This document shows, piece by piece, positions 56,036-64,000 of a DNA stretch of 64,000 bases. Position 1 is the stretch's first letter; every line of letters begins with the position of its first letter. The position numbers were made by a program, and so were the translations under genes. The stretch covers positions 16,482,722 to 16,546,721 of the forward strand of contig OZ037766.1 in the NCBI GenBank assembly GCA_964035545.1, in the 5' to 3' direction. Below the pieces are notes generated by a model. It was not told the origin of the DNA and searched no databases. It was given only the letters and a program-made list of their open reading frames with translations. The DNA is from Bugula neritina. Taxonomy: Eukaryota > Animalia > Bryozoa.

Positions 56036-56573
56036 TAACTATTTCCGAAAATTCAACCATTACCTACAAGTGTGATGACATAGCGCATGAAACATGAAAA
56101 ACAAATGATGCCTCAAATGCATAAATAATATTATTATATAGTATATAGTATAGTATAAATACTAAAACGATTTAGATGATAATAAAATTATCATAAATTA
56201 AAATACACAATCATTTTACGATTATTAATTAAAATTAAAATAACTTAAACTATGCCACGACTGTGAAGATGGATAGTTAGAACTTAGATATAGGGATCAC
56301 TGATTTAAGTGATTATCATTATGATTATATTTCCAATTGATATTATTAGTTATTAAATTTAACTAGTATCAGTATCAGTATGAGTATCAGTATGATTGTA
56401 TGGGTATGATGTGTGGTCATACTTATAGTGATAGTCAAACTCAATCACAATGACAATTTCATACTGATACGACAGTCATACTCACAGCACTTGATCACTG
56501 ATCAGCATTAGTATGACTATGAGTATGAGTATCACCATTATATTTATTATCATTATGACTATGAGAGTAATAG

Positions 56574-56879
56574 TGTGGTGGTTCGTGGAACTACCAGCAG
56601 CACAACATGTAGGGTCGCGTAATTGACCCGGAACAATGGATAGCCAATTAGCGTAGTTGATAGTTAGCAGCAATTGTAGTTTCCCGCTGCTAACTCAGTC
56701 GAAGCTAGAGTGTGAAATAGATTAGATGTGTAACTTGTTGGAAATAATGTATCGTGTTTTTGTAATGTATAGTTGTGTATAAAATATACTCGTTCACTCG
56801 ACTTAGCCTGGTGTAGTTCTATACTAGATAAATAGACTCTCTGGATAGCATATCAACCCTAAATCTGAAAACTATAACA
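56574..56879 (+). repeat. 5' LTR (306 bp, TG...CA)
   Basis: It starts TGTGGTGGTTCG and ends ACTATAACA, 1 nt before the PBS. It matches 63769-64000. Confidence 0.92.
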
Positions 56880-56880
56880 G

Positions 56881-56898
56881 TGGTGGCAGCAGTGGGAT
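56881..56898 (+). promoter_or_regulatory. Primer binding site complementary to the tRNA-Leu (AAG/TAG-type) 3' end
   Basis: TGGTGGCAGCAGTGGGAT is the reverse complement of ...AUCCCACUGCUGCCA-CCA, the usual metazoan tRNA-Leu acceptor end. Confidence 0.8.
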
Positions 56899-56910
56899 AG
56901 TGCATCCAAG

Positions 56911-57870
56911 ATGGAGACTGAAAATGCTGAAACTCAACCACCGGCAATCGAAGGTGAGCGTAGAGACAATGCTGTAGAGACAATGCCTGTTAACCATGTA
57001 GTAGAAGAGCGAAGGGTTCCGCGAGAACTAGCTGAAGACCGCTACAGGTTAAAGGCGCCCACCTTCACGGGTGAAGAGGAGGTGGAACAATTTATTCAAG
57101 AGTTTAGCGACGTAATGGACGTCGCTCAGTGGCCCCCTAGGGTGGCCCTGCTGAAGCTTAGAATGGCATTGATGGACAAAGCCAAGCCCTATGGGCTGGG
57201 CGTAGACATTGATAATATCTTTGCTTCTCTGCGGGCCCGCTTTGGCCTCTCGGCTACAGATGCCAGGGCCCGATTACAGAGGTTGCGGCGTGATCCCCGC
57301 ACCCCGCTGCGGGAGCATGCCGCCGCGGTCATGAAGCTGGCACAGATCGCGTACAGCGACTTGCCCCCAGTCAACCGCGAGAGGTACACCCTCGACGCTT
57401 TCATAGCATCTGTCGACGATCTGGGTCTCCACCACCAGTTTCTAGCTAGGGGAGTCACCACCGTTGAAGATGCTCTGACTGAGGGGGAAGCTTACCTCCT
57501 AGCTAACCAAATGCATAAAAGTCGCGGAAGCTCCCGCCAAGTGGAGATAGACCGCGCAGACACGGCCGCGGGACAAGGGGAGGAAACCCCCGCCGCGGCT
57601 GCCGTGTCCCAGTTGGCGACGGCATCAAAAGTCACTCAACTGACGGACATGCTAGCCAAGCTGATAGCAACACTGACACCACAAAACCCAGTGAGTACCG
57701 CCCCTGAGCCCATGCGGCCATCGGCGCCGCCACAGGGGGAAACAGTCAGTTTTTGCTGGGAGTGCGGAAATCAAGGACATTTCTGCCGATATTGTCCCTT
57801 CCTAAATCAGGGGTTAAACTACCGCGGCCCGCAGATGTTCCCACCTTCCGCGGGCCGACGAAACCTCTAG
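56911..57870 (+). CDS. gag: Gag polyprotein with CCHC zinc knuckle
   Basis: 319-aa ORF right after the PBS. It has a capsid-like LKAPTFTG..VEQFIQEF...W segment and the CWECGNQGHFCRYC knuckle. Confidence 0.9.
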   Translation: METENAETQPPAIEGERRDNAVETMPVNHVVEERRVPRELAEDRYRLKAPTFTGEEEVEQFIQEFSDVMDVAQWPPRVALLKLRMALMDKAKPYGLGVDIDNIFASLRARFGLSATDARARLQRLRRDPRTPLREHAAAVMKLAQIAYSDLPPVNRERYTLDAFIASVDDLGLHHQFLARGVTTVEDALTEGEAYLLANQMHKSRGSSRQVEIDRADTAAGQGEETPAAAAVSQLATASKVTQLTDMLAKLIATLTPQNPVSTAPEPMRPSAPPQGETVSFCWECGNQGHFCRYCPFLNQGLNYRGPQMFPPSAGRRNL

Positions 57871-60800
57871 GGAAGAAGAAACGCAGGTCACCCAGACGGG
57901 TACCGCGTACTGGCAACCAACAGTGGCAACAGCCACGACGGACCAGCAAGGGGCTTCGCCCCGCGGCTGCCTTTTCTATGCCCCTTCACAACAGATTCAC
58001 AGGGCTACAAGTCCAAGAATCTGGATGGGAGCACACAAAGGTAGCTGAGAATCTAGCCTCGGCACCCCCGAGGCCTACCTATCACCGCCCCAAGAGACCT
58101 CCTTCGCGACCCAAAGCGAGGGAGGTACTCCCTGCGAGAGTAGGGCCTGAAGGGAGAGTTCGGGTGCAGCCCCATGGGAACAGCTATTTCTTGCCCGGTA
58201 AACTGGAAGGCAAAGCTGTTACTTTTCTCATTGATTCGGGCTGTACCACAAACCTCTTAAGCCGCCAACTCTTTGACACCCTCAGTGCTAGGGTCAGGGG
58301 CGAGATGGAGGCATACGAAGGGGAATACGGCACCCTAGCTGACGGGTCGTGCCTTCCCTTCTATGGTATAATTGAGCTGACGGGACGAGTCCGCGATCAA
58401 ACGATCCAAGAGACGTTCATCGTCAGTCAGCTCAAGGAGGATGCTATCCTCGGGATGCCGTTCCTTAAACGGCACGGATGTCACATAGATTTTAGCAGAT
58501 CTGCAATGATGATGTCCGGGCGGGAACTCGCCTGCGTCGACAAGTTCGGCTGCCCTTTAGTGGGAGGTGTGCAAGTGGTACGCAACCGTACCATACCAGG
58601 CCGCTCCCGGGCTACCATTCACTGCAGGGTGAATAGTAGCCGGATCTCTGGACTCGGGGTGGTTGAAGGCGCGCACGAAAAGATCCAACTTGCCAGCAGT
58701 CTGAATCAGCTGACTGAGCAAGGGGAGATCTTAGTGCAGTGCGTCAACCCCTTTACCGAGCCTATCAAGCTCCCGGCTGGGTCGATGCTGGGCCGTTTTC
58801 ACTCTGTTCAAGAGGGAGACGTAGGCCCGTCGCTGGGTGATGCGACAGAGGCACTCCCTCGACACCCTATTCAGGGACGAGGGGCAGTCCCAACACATCT
58901 CCGGGAGTTATACGAAACAGCCAGTGGCGGCTGCGCGAGTAACAGAGAGCGCCAAGCTATGGTCAAGTTACTACGCGACTACGGTGATGTGTTCAGCAGC
59001 GGAGAACATGACGTGGGACTGACTGGAATTGTCAGACACGAAATACCGCTGACTGCAGGGACAGTCCCTGTCCGGCAGCCCACACGCAGGCTGGGGCCGG
59101 AGAAAGAGAAGGAGGTTAGCCGACAAGTACGGGATCTTCTGGACCGGGGACTGATAGAGCCCGCCCATAGTGCGTGGAGCTCGCCAGTCGTACTGGTCCG
59201 GAAGAAAGACGGCAGTTGGCGGTTCTGTGTGGACTACCGCAAACTCAATAGCGTAACCATACAGGACGCCTACCCTCTACCTCGTATTGACGAGTCATTG
59301 GACGCCCTAGCCGGCAGCAAGTACTTCAGTACGTTAGACTTGCTAAGCGGCTATTGGCAGGTTCCTCTGAGTCCCGACGCCCAAGAGAAAGCGGCGTTTA
59401 TCACACGGGACGGGTTGTGGAAGTGGAAGGTGCTGCCCTTCGGGTTAACCTCCGCCCCAGCCACCTTCCAGAGGCTGATGGAACAAGTCCTTAGCGGACT
59501 CCATTGGAAGACACTGCTGGTCTACCTCGATGATGTCATCGTAATCTCTCCAGACTTCGAGACACATGTCAGTCGTCTGCAGGAGGTTTTCGAGAGACTC
59601 CGAGGTGCCGGTCTTAAGCTCAAACCTTCCAAGTGCGCTCTGTTGCAGCCGGAGGTCAAGTACCTGGGGCACGTTGTCGGTCGAAACGGCGTGGCAACGG
59701 ATCCCGAAAAGGTACGGGCAGTAGAAGACTGGGTCACCCCCCAAGACTTGACCGGACTCCGGGCTTTCTTGGGGCTGGTAGGGTATTACAGGCAATACAT
59801 ACCAGACTTTGCGGGCATAGCCCAGCCTTTAAACCGGCTTACCGCAAAGGGAGTGACGTGGCAGTGGACCCCAGTCGAACAAGAAGCGTTCGACCGCCTC
59901 AAGGGCTGCCTCCTAACGGCGCCCATCTTGGCCTACCCAGACCCCACTCTGGAGTACATCCTAGACACGGACGCCAGTGACCAGAATGTTGGCGCTGTGC
60001 TGTCACAAGTGCAGGAAGGCCGAGAAGTAGTAGTAGCCTACTACAGCAAGTCTCTCTCTCCCGCTGAACGAAATTACTGCACTACCCGCAAGGAACTGCT
60101 GGCAGTAATCAAGTCAGTGAAGCACTTCAGACCATACCTATATGGCAGGAAGTTCCGGCTGCGTACGGATCATGCCTCGCTGATCTGGTTGTGCAGGAGA
60201 GCAGAGCCCTCTAGTCAGGTCGCCCGGTGGCTCGAAATCCTAGCTGAATTCTCATACCGGATCGAACATCGACCGGGCAAGAGACACAGCAATGCGGATG
60301 GGTTGAGTCGCCGACCTGACGGAGGTTGCAAACAGTGTCTCAACATCGAGAGGAGGGATGGAGGTCCCCCGCGATGCGAGTTGGAGACGCTGGCTCATCA
60401 CGGAGCACCGTTTGACTGGGATCAAGGTCAACTCAGGCAAAGAGTTGATGAGTCCCCGGAGGATGTACAAAACCTCCGCGCCAACCCTGTACTGGCCGGT
60501 AATGTTCGAGAGCTGAAGAAGCTCCAAGAAGAGCTGCCTGGAGTCGTGGCAGACATATACCGGGCCAAAAGGGAAGGGCGACGACCCAGCGAGGAACGCA
60601 TACGACAGGGATGCGCCGAGTTCCGGCTATACTGTCAGCGTTGGGACTCGCTGCGGATCGGGCAAGATGGGTTGCTAACCATCTCTCTAGCTGCCAGCGG
60701 CAGACACCCGGAAAGGAAGAGGGTAGTCTGCCCCACAGCCATCCGCCGTGAGTTGATTTGGGATACTCACAAGCAGGCCCACGCAGGGGTCAAGCGAGTG

Positions 60801-62381
60801 ATATCCAAATTACGACTCCGGTGGTATTGGCCGCAGATGGAGCGTGACGTCCGGCTCAGAGTCAAACAGTGTGAGATCTGCCAGGCCAGTAAGCATAGCC
60901 GCCCCCCTGGTGAAGCAGGACGGCGGAGGCTATATGCTGGTAGGCCCTGGCAAGTAGTCGCTGTAGACCTGGTCGGACCCATGCCCCTGACCCCCAGAGG
61001 CAATAATTGGATACTAGTACTAACCGACCACTTTACTAGGTGGGCGGATGCTCTGGCTATCCCAGATGCATCAGCCCCAACAGTGGCCAGGGCACTAGAC
61101 CAACATGTATTCTGTTATTTTGGACTTCCCGAACAGATACACTCTGATCAAGGCGCTCAATTCCAGTCTCAACTGATGAGCGACCTTTGCCACCTCTGGG
61201 GAGTAAATCAGAGCAGGACCACCCCCTACCACCCTCAAGGTAACGGGGTGGTGGAGCGCAACAACCGGATGCTAGGTGATGCGCTCCGGAGTCTCCTCCT
61301 TGGACGAGGTCAAGAGGAATGGGATACGGTGTTGCCGCAAGTCATGCGTGCATACCGTAGCACCCCACACACCAGTACTGGTGAGACCCCAAACCTCTTG
61401 ATGCTCGGGAGAGAGACTCGTGTCCCTGACCATCTCACCTATCACGTTCCAGAGCAAGACAACTCGGTTCACGAGTATGCCAGTGAACTAGTGGAACGGA
61501 TGAAGGCCGCACACGATATACTGCGTCAACAGCAGTGGAAGGTGCGGCACGAAGATTCCGATGAACCCCCTCTCTATCAAAGGGGAGATAAGGTGTGGAT
61601 GGTCAATTACCGTAGGCGCCGCGGACAGGCTGATAAGCTGAAGCCTAAGTTCGTAGGCCCCTACGTGGTCGTCGAGGCTATGCCCAATCATACGTACAAG
61701 ATCGAGCGCTCAGGACAGGTATCCATCCAGAATGAGTCTCGCTTGAAACCGTATTGGGCTAGCCCCGGCGGAGTGGGAGAAGCCCCCCCGTTGTTAGAGC
61801 CCAGAAGGCAGACAACAACGCGCGGGCGACGGCGGCATGGACCTGAATACGAAGTGGTCATACCGCGGGAAGAAAACTTGGTGAGAGAAGAGCGGCAGCT
61901 TCTACCAACAGAAGCGTATCCGCCACCGCCAAGTCTAATTCCATCACTTCCAGAAACCGAGCCGGTTCCGGAAGTGCAAACCCCCGCGGAGGGAGGGGCT
62001 CCATCCGGAGAACAAGAAGAGGTGACTGCTGACGGTGAAGTAGAGACGCCATTAGAGGCCCCTACTAACGAACCGGCAAGCGTGTCACCCCCCCTAGAAA
62101 GGGGACAGCGTACGAGGCAACCCCCCGCATACTTGAAGGACTTCGTATGTGACTGCGTTAAAAGCGGCACACATGAAAGTCTAGGGGGAAACCGTACGAG
62201 AAAAGAATCGAGCAAATGTGGGAGTTGTCAACACCACGGAAATATCAACTTTTGTATCGGCGGAAATAGAAACAAAATTTATCCGCCGGGTGCACAAAGT
62301 CTTAATCACGCACCCCAACCACGTTGCTCGATCTTTTCATACGCTGATGCAGTCAAGAGTAGACGTGTTTCTAAGCAGTAG
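57753..62381 (+). CDS. pol: Pol polyprotein (protease, RT, RNase H, integrase), probably translated as a Gag-Pol fusion from ~57819
   Basis: Motifs are FLIDSGC (aspartic protease), WRFCVDYRKLN/LPFGL/YLDD (RT), LDTDASD...ELLAV..TDH (RNase H), and H-x3-H...C-x2-C with VDLVGP/SDQG/VERNN (integrase DDE), plus KFVGPY (GPY/F). There are no internal stops. Confidence 0.96.
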   Translation: MLGVRKSRTFLPILSLPKSGVKLPRPADVPTFRGPTKPLGKKKRRSPRRVPRTGNQQWQQPRRTSKGLRPAAAFSMPLHNRFTGLQVQESGWEHTKVAENLASAPPRPTYHRPKRPPSRPKAREVLPARVGPEGRVRVQPHGNSYFLPGKLEGKAVTFLIDSGCTTNLLSRQLFDTLSARVRGEMEAYEGEYGTLADGSCLPFYGIIELTGRVRDQTIQETFIVSQLKEDAILGMPFLKRHGCHIDFSRSAMMMSGRELACVDKFGCPLVGGVQVVRNRTIPGRSRATIHCRVNSSRISGLGVVEGAHEKIQLASSLNQLTEQGEILVQCVNPFTEPIKLPAGSMLGRFHSVQEGDVGPSLGDATEALPRHPIQGRGAVPTHLRELYETASGGCASNRERQAMVKLLRDYGDVFSSGEHDVGLTGIVRHEIPLTAGTVPVRQPTRRLGPEKEKEVSRQVRDLLDRGLIEPAHSAWSSPVVLVRKKDGSWRFCVDYRKLNSVTIQDAYPLPRIDESLDALAGSKYFSTLDLLSGYWQVPLSPDAQEKAAFITRDGLWKWKVLPFGLTSAPATFQRLMEQVLSGLHWKTLLVYLDDVIVISPDFETHVSRLQEVFERLRGAGLKLKPSKCALLQPEVKYLGHVVGRNGVATDPEKVRAVEDWVTPQDLTGLRAFLGLVGYYRQYIPDFAGIAQPLNRLTAKGVTWQWTPVEQEAFDRLKGCLLTAPILAYPDPTLEYILDTDASDQNVGAVLSQVQEGREVVVAYYSKSLSPAERNYCTTRKELLAVIKSVKHFRPYLYGRKFRLRTDHASLIWLCRRAEPSSQVARWLEILAEFSYRIEHRPGKRHSNADGLSRRPDGGCKQCLNIERRDGGPPRCELETLAHHGAPFDWDQGQLRQRVDESPEDVQNLRANPVLAGNVRELKKLQEELPGVVADIYRAKREGRRPSEERIRQGCAEFRLYCQRWDSLRIGQDGLLTISLAASGRHPERKRVVCPTAIRRELIWDTHKQAHAGVKRVISKLRLRWYWPQMERDVRLRVKQCEICQASKHSRPPGEAGRRRLYAGRPWQVVAVDLVGPMPLTPRGNNWILVLTDHFTRWADALAIPDASAPTVARALDQHVFCYFGLPEQIHSDQGAQFQSQLMSDLCHLWGVNQSRTTPYHPQGNGVVERNNRMLGDALRSLLLGRGQEEWDTVLPQVMRAYRSTPHTSTGETPNLLMLGRETRVPDHLTYHVPEQDNSVHEYASELVERMKAAHDILRQQQWKVRHEDSDEPPLYQRGDKVWMVNYRRRRGQADKLKPKFVGPYVVVEAMPNHTYKIERSGQVSIQNESRLKPYWASPGGVGEAPPLLEPRRQTTTRGRRRHGPEYEVVIPREENLVREERQLLPTEAYPPPPSLIPSLPETEPVPEVQTPAEGGAPSGEQEEVTADGEVETPLEAPTNEPASVSPPLERGQRTRQPPAYLKDFVCDCVKSGTHESLGGNRTRKESSKCGSCQHHGNINFCIGGNRNKIYPPGAQSLNHAPQPRCSIFSYADAVKSRRVSKQ
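57813..57875 (+). promoter_or_regulatory. Predicted -1 programmed ribosomal frameshift signal (G_UUA_AAC plus stem-loop/pseudoknot)
   Basis: The heptamer 57813-57819 is in gag codon phase, followed by a 5-nt spacer and an 8-bp stem 57825-57832/57850-57857. Loop CTTCC (57845-57849) is complementary to GGAAG (57871-57875). pol is in the -1 frame. Confidence 0.7.
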
Positions 62382-62694
62382 TTCAAACCATTTCACATAT
62401 TCAGTATGTCTTACGACAACAGATCGTGGGGTGAGTTAACTATATCTTAATACGAAACTAGATTGCATCGCTTAGCTCTGACCCACTGAGTCAATCGAGC
62501 TGGAGATAGGTTAGTGAAATACCGTGGTAAGAACTCAGTTTGACTTAGAGATTTTTATAATCTCATTGCAATACGGTTCTATCTGACTATTCACTATCAT
62601 TAATCTCTACGAGGTAACTGAATTAGGAGTTGCCAAGCTGTTCAAGCTGACAACACAGCAGTGTACTGTACTAACACTGTTGAAACTTTTTCAG

Positions 62695-63482
62695 ATTACA
62701 CTCGACCCGCTATAACCAGGGTACGGGATAGAACACTTCCCGCTCCGTATCCGGAGGACTATGCTAGTGGTGACCGGCCTGAGCCACTACGCCGCCGTTG
62801 GCGGTGGGTGTCTCCACAAACCGAAGAAGAAATAGAAACAGCCTGGGGGTCCAGAGGACGGACGAGATGCCAGATATGTGGTGAAGATTGCGCCTCCCAC
62901 CGCTCCCTTAAACTACACGTCAATGCTCATCTCCTACTGACCTTCTGCCCCTGCGGGTACAATGATGTGTATCCCTACCCCGTCACCAGACACAGAGCGG
63001 CGGGCTGTTTCCCTGGAGAAAACTACGTGGTCGACGCTAAGCTATACCCGGAGTTCCTCACACTTATACGACCTCTGGTGAAGAAGGCTATGCTATTAGC
63101 CGTTCTGTCCTCGGGGTTCCAACGTGTGTTAGACAACGCCCGCCAACAATCCCCGTTGGTGTCTGACCGTCCTCAAATTACATACACCCCCGAGGAAATT
63201 ACATATCCAGAAGAAGGAGAGATCTCCCCTACACCGGCGAAGAGACGAACCAGGTCCCCCAGTCCACCCTTGCGCCGCAGACGGACACCGTCCCCAGACC
63301 CAGTAAGCCTGGCTACAGTAGAAGAACGTCTCCTACGATTACAAGAGGAGTTCACCCAGCTGGCACCAGATCTACTTAACACTACAACAGGACTCTTCCA
63401 GCTAAAGGGATCCGTATGCCGTATGAAACGGAAACTGCGTACATGCCAAGCCAAGCACCGGCGTGCCCGACAAGGACTCTAG
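62695..63482 (+). CDS. Retrotransposon ORF3: non-env zinc-finger/basic/coiled-coil accessory protein, predicted second exon of a spliced subgenomic mRNA (first exon 56911-56953)
   Basis: The open frame 62661-63482 has no ATG before the fingers. It has branch point TACTAAC 62669-62675 and acceptor TTTTTCAG ending 62694 (phase 1), matched by donor AAG|GTGAGC at 56953/56954 (phase 1). A C-x2-C-x12-H-x3-H finger lies at 62868-62930. Confidence 0.75.
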
Positions 63483-63757
63483 TTAGACTACCCAGAATAC
63501 TCCAACTCCGCCTCTTGGGAGAGGCCCAGATGTCCTGTAAATGTTTGACTGCTTAACAGGTTATCCCCTGTCTAACACCACAGCTAGCTAGTATTCCTCG
63601 TCTATCTACAGCTGGCCAATTGTATGCAACGGATCTTTATAATGACTCTGTCTATTATTATGTCGCTTCCTGTATATTATGTATTATTTTGTCCACTGAT
63701 GTATGCAATTACTATTGAATGTTTTTTATATATATATCAGAAAGATGGCTTTCTGCT

Positions 63758-63768
63758 GGTGGGGGCGG
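63758..63768 (+). promoter_or_regulatory. Polypurine tract (plus-strand primer)
   Basis: GGTGGGGGCGG lies immediately before the 3' LTR TG. Confidence 0.65.
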
Positions 63769-64000
63769 TGTGGTGGTTCGTGGAACTACCAGCAGCACAA
63801 CATGTAGGGTCGCGTAATTGACCCGGAACAATGGATAGCCAATTAGCGTAGTTGATAGTTAGCAGCAATTGTAGTTTCCCGCTGCTAACTCAGTCGAAGC
63901 TAGAGTGTGAAATAGATTAGATGTGTAACTTGTTGGAAATAATGTATCGTGTTTTTGTAATGTATAGTTGTGTATAAAATATACTCGTTCACTCGACTTA
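63769..64000 (+). repeat. 3' LTR (partial, truncated by window end)
   Basis: All 232 bp are identical by eye to 56574-56805. Confidence 0.93.

Larger units (their letters stand above)
56574..64000 (+). mobile_element. Intact Ty3/Gypsy LTR retrotransposon (gag, -1 frameshifted pol, extra spliced ORF3); 3' LTR runs off the window
   Basis: It has two direct LTRs, a tRNA-Leu PBS, a PPT, and uninterrupted gag and PR-RT-RH-IN pol in Gypsy order. It is clearly GC/CpG-rich compared with host DNA. Confidence 0.97.

Noticed and set aside
57189-63454. Antisense or alternate-frame ORFs inside the Gypsy element (e.g. 61688-62215, 59445-59795, 63173-63454)
   Set aside because: These are shadow ORFs expected in GC-rich coding DNA and show no recognisable motifs.
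62661-63482. ORF3 as an envelope (env) gene
   Set aside because: It has no signal peptide, fusion peptide or TM anchor. It carries zinc fingers and NLS-like basic tracts instead.

Overview
This is AT-rich, intron-containing invertebrate (metazoan) genomic DNA, not a prokaryotic window. Splice-aware reading gives four host genes. (1) The last three coding exons of CARM1/PRMT4 (+, 1436-2780). (2) A complete 9-exon SSUH2 homolog (+, 7990-18919) with an 11x GGYPPQGAPA N-terminal repeat and a C-terminal CaaX box. (3) A 2-coding-exon LRR+Ig single-pass receptor (-, 20941-25896). (4) A complete 6-exon PSTK, O-phosphoseryl-tRNA(Sec) kinase (-, 50079-56035). About 26-50 kb has no recognisable coding sequence. 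Mobile DNA includes a decayed RTE LINE, several MITE/SINE-like relics, and a 3.6-kb ISL2EU/PIF-Harbinger-type element with ~690-bp near-perfect TIRs in SSUH2 intron 8. An intact, very young Ty3/Gypsy LTR retrotransposon runs from 56574 past the window end and is inserted ~540 bp upstream of the PSTK start codon. The most notable observation is a third, non-env gene in this Gypsy element. Its zinc-finger portion has no ATG, but a phase-matched splice donor in gag (56953/56954), a perfect TACTAAC branch point and an acceptor (62694/62695) predict a subgenomic mRNA. That mRNA would encode a ~276-aa protein with tandem C2H2/C2HC zinc fingers, an Arg/Ser-Pro-rich basic tract and a coiled coil, i.e. 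a candidate complex-retrovirus-like accessory regulator. Family assignments come from recalled motifs; no database searches were run.
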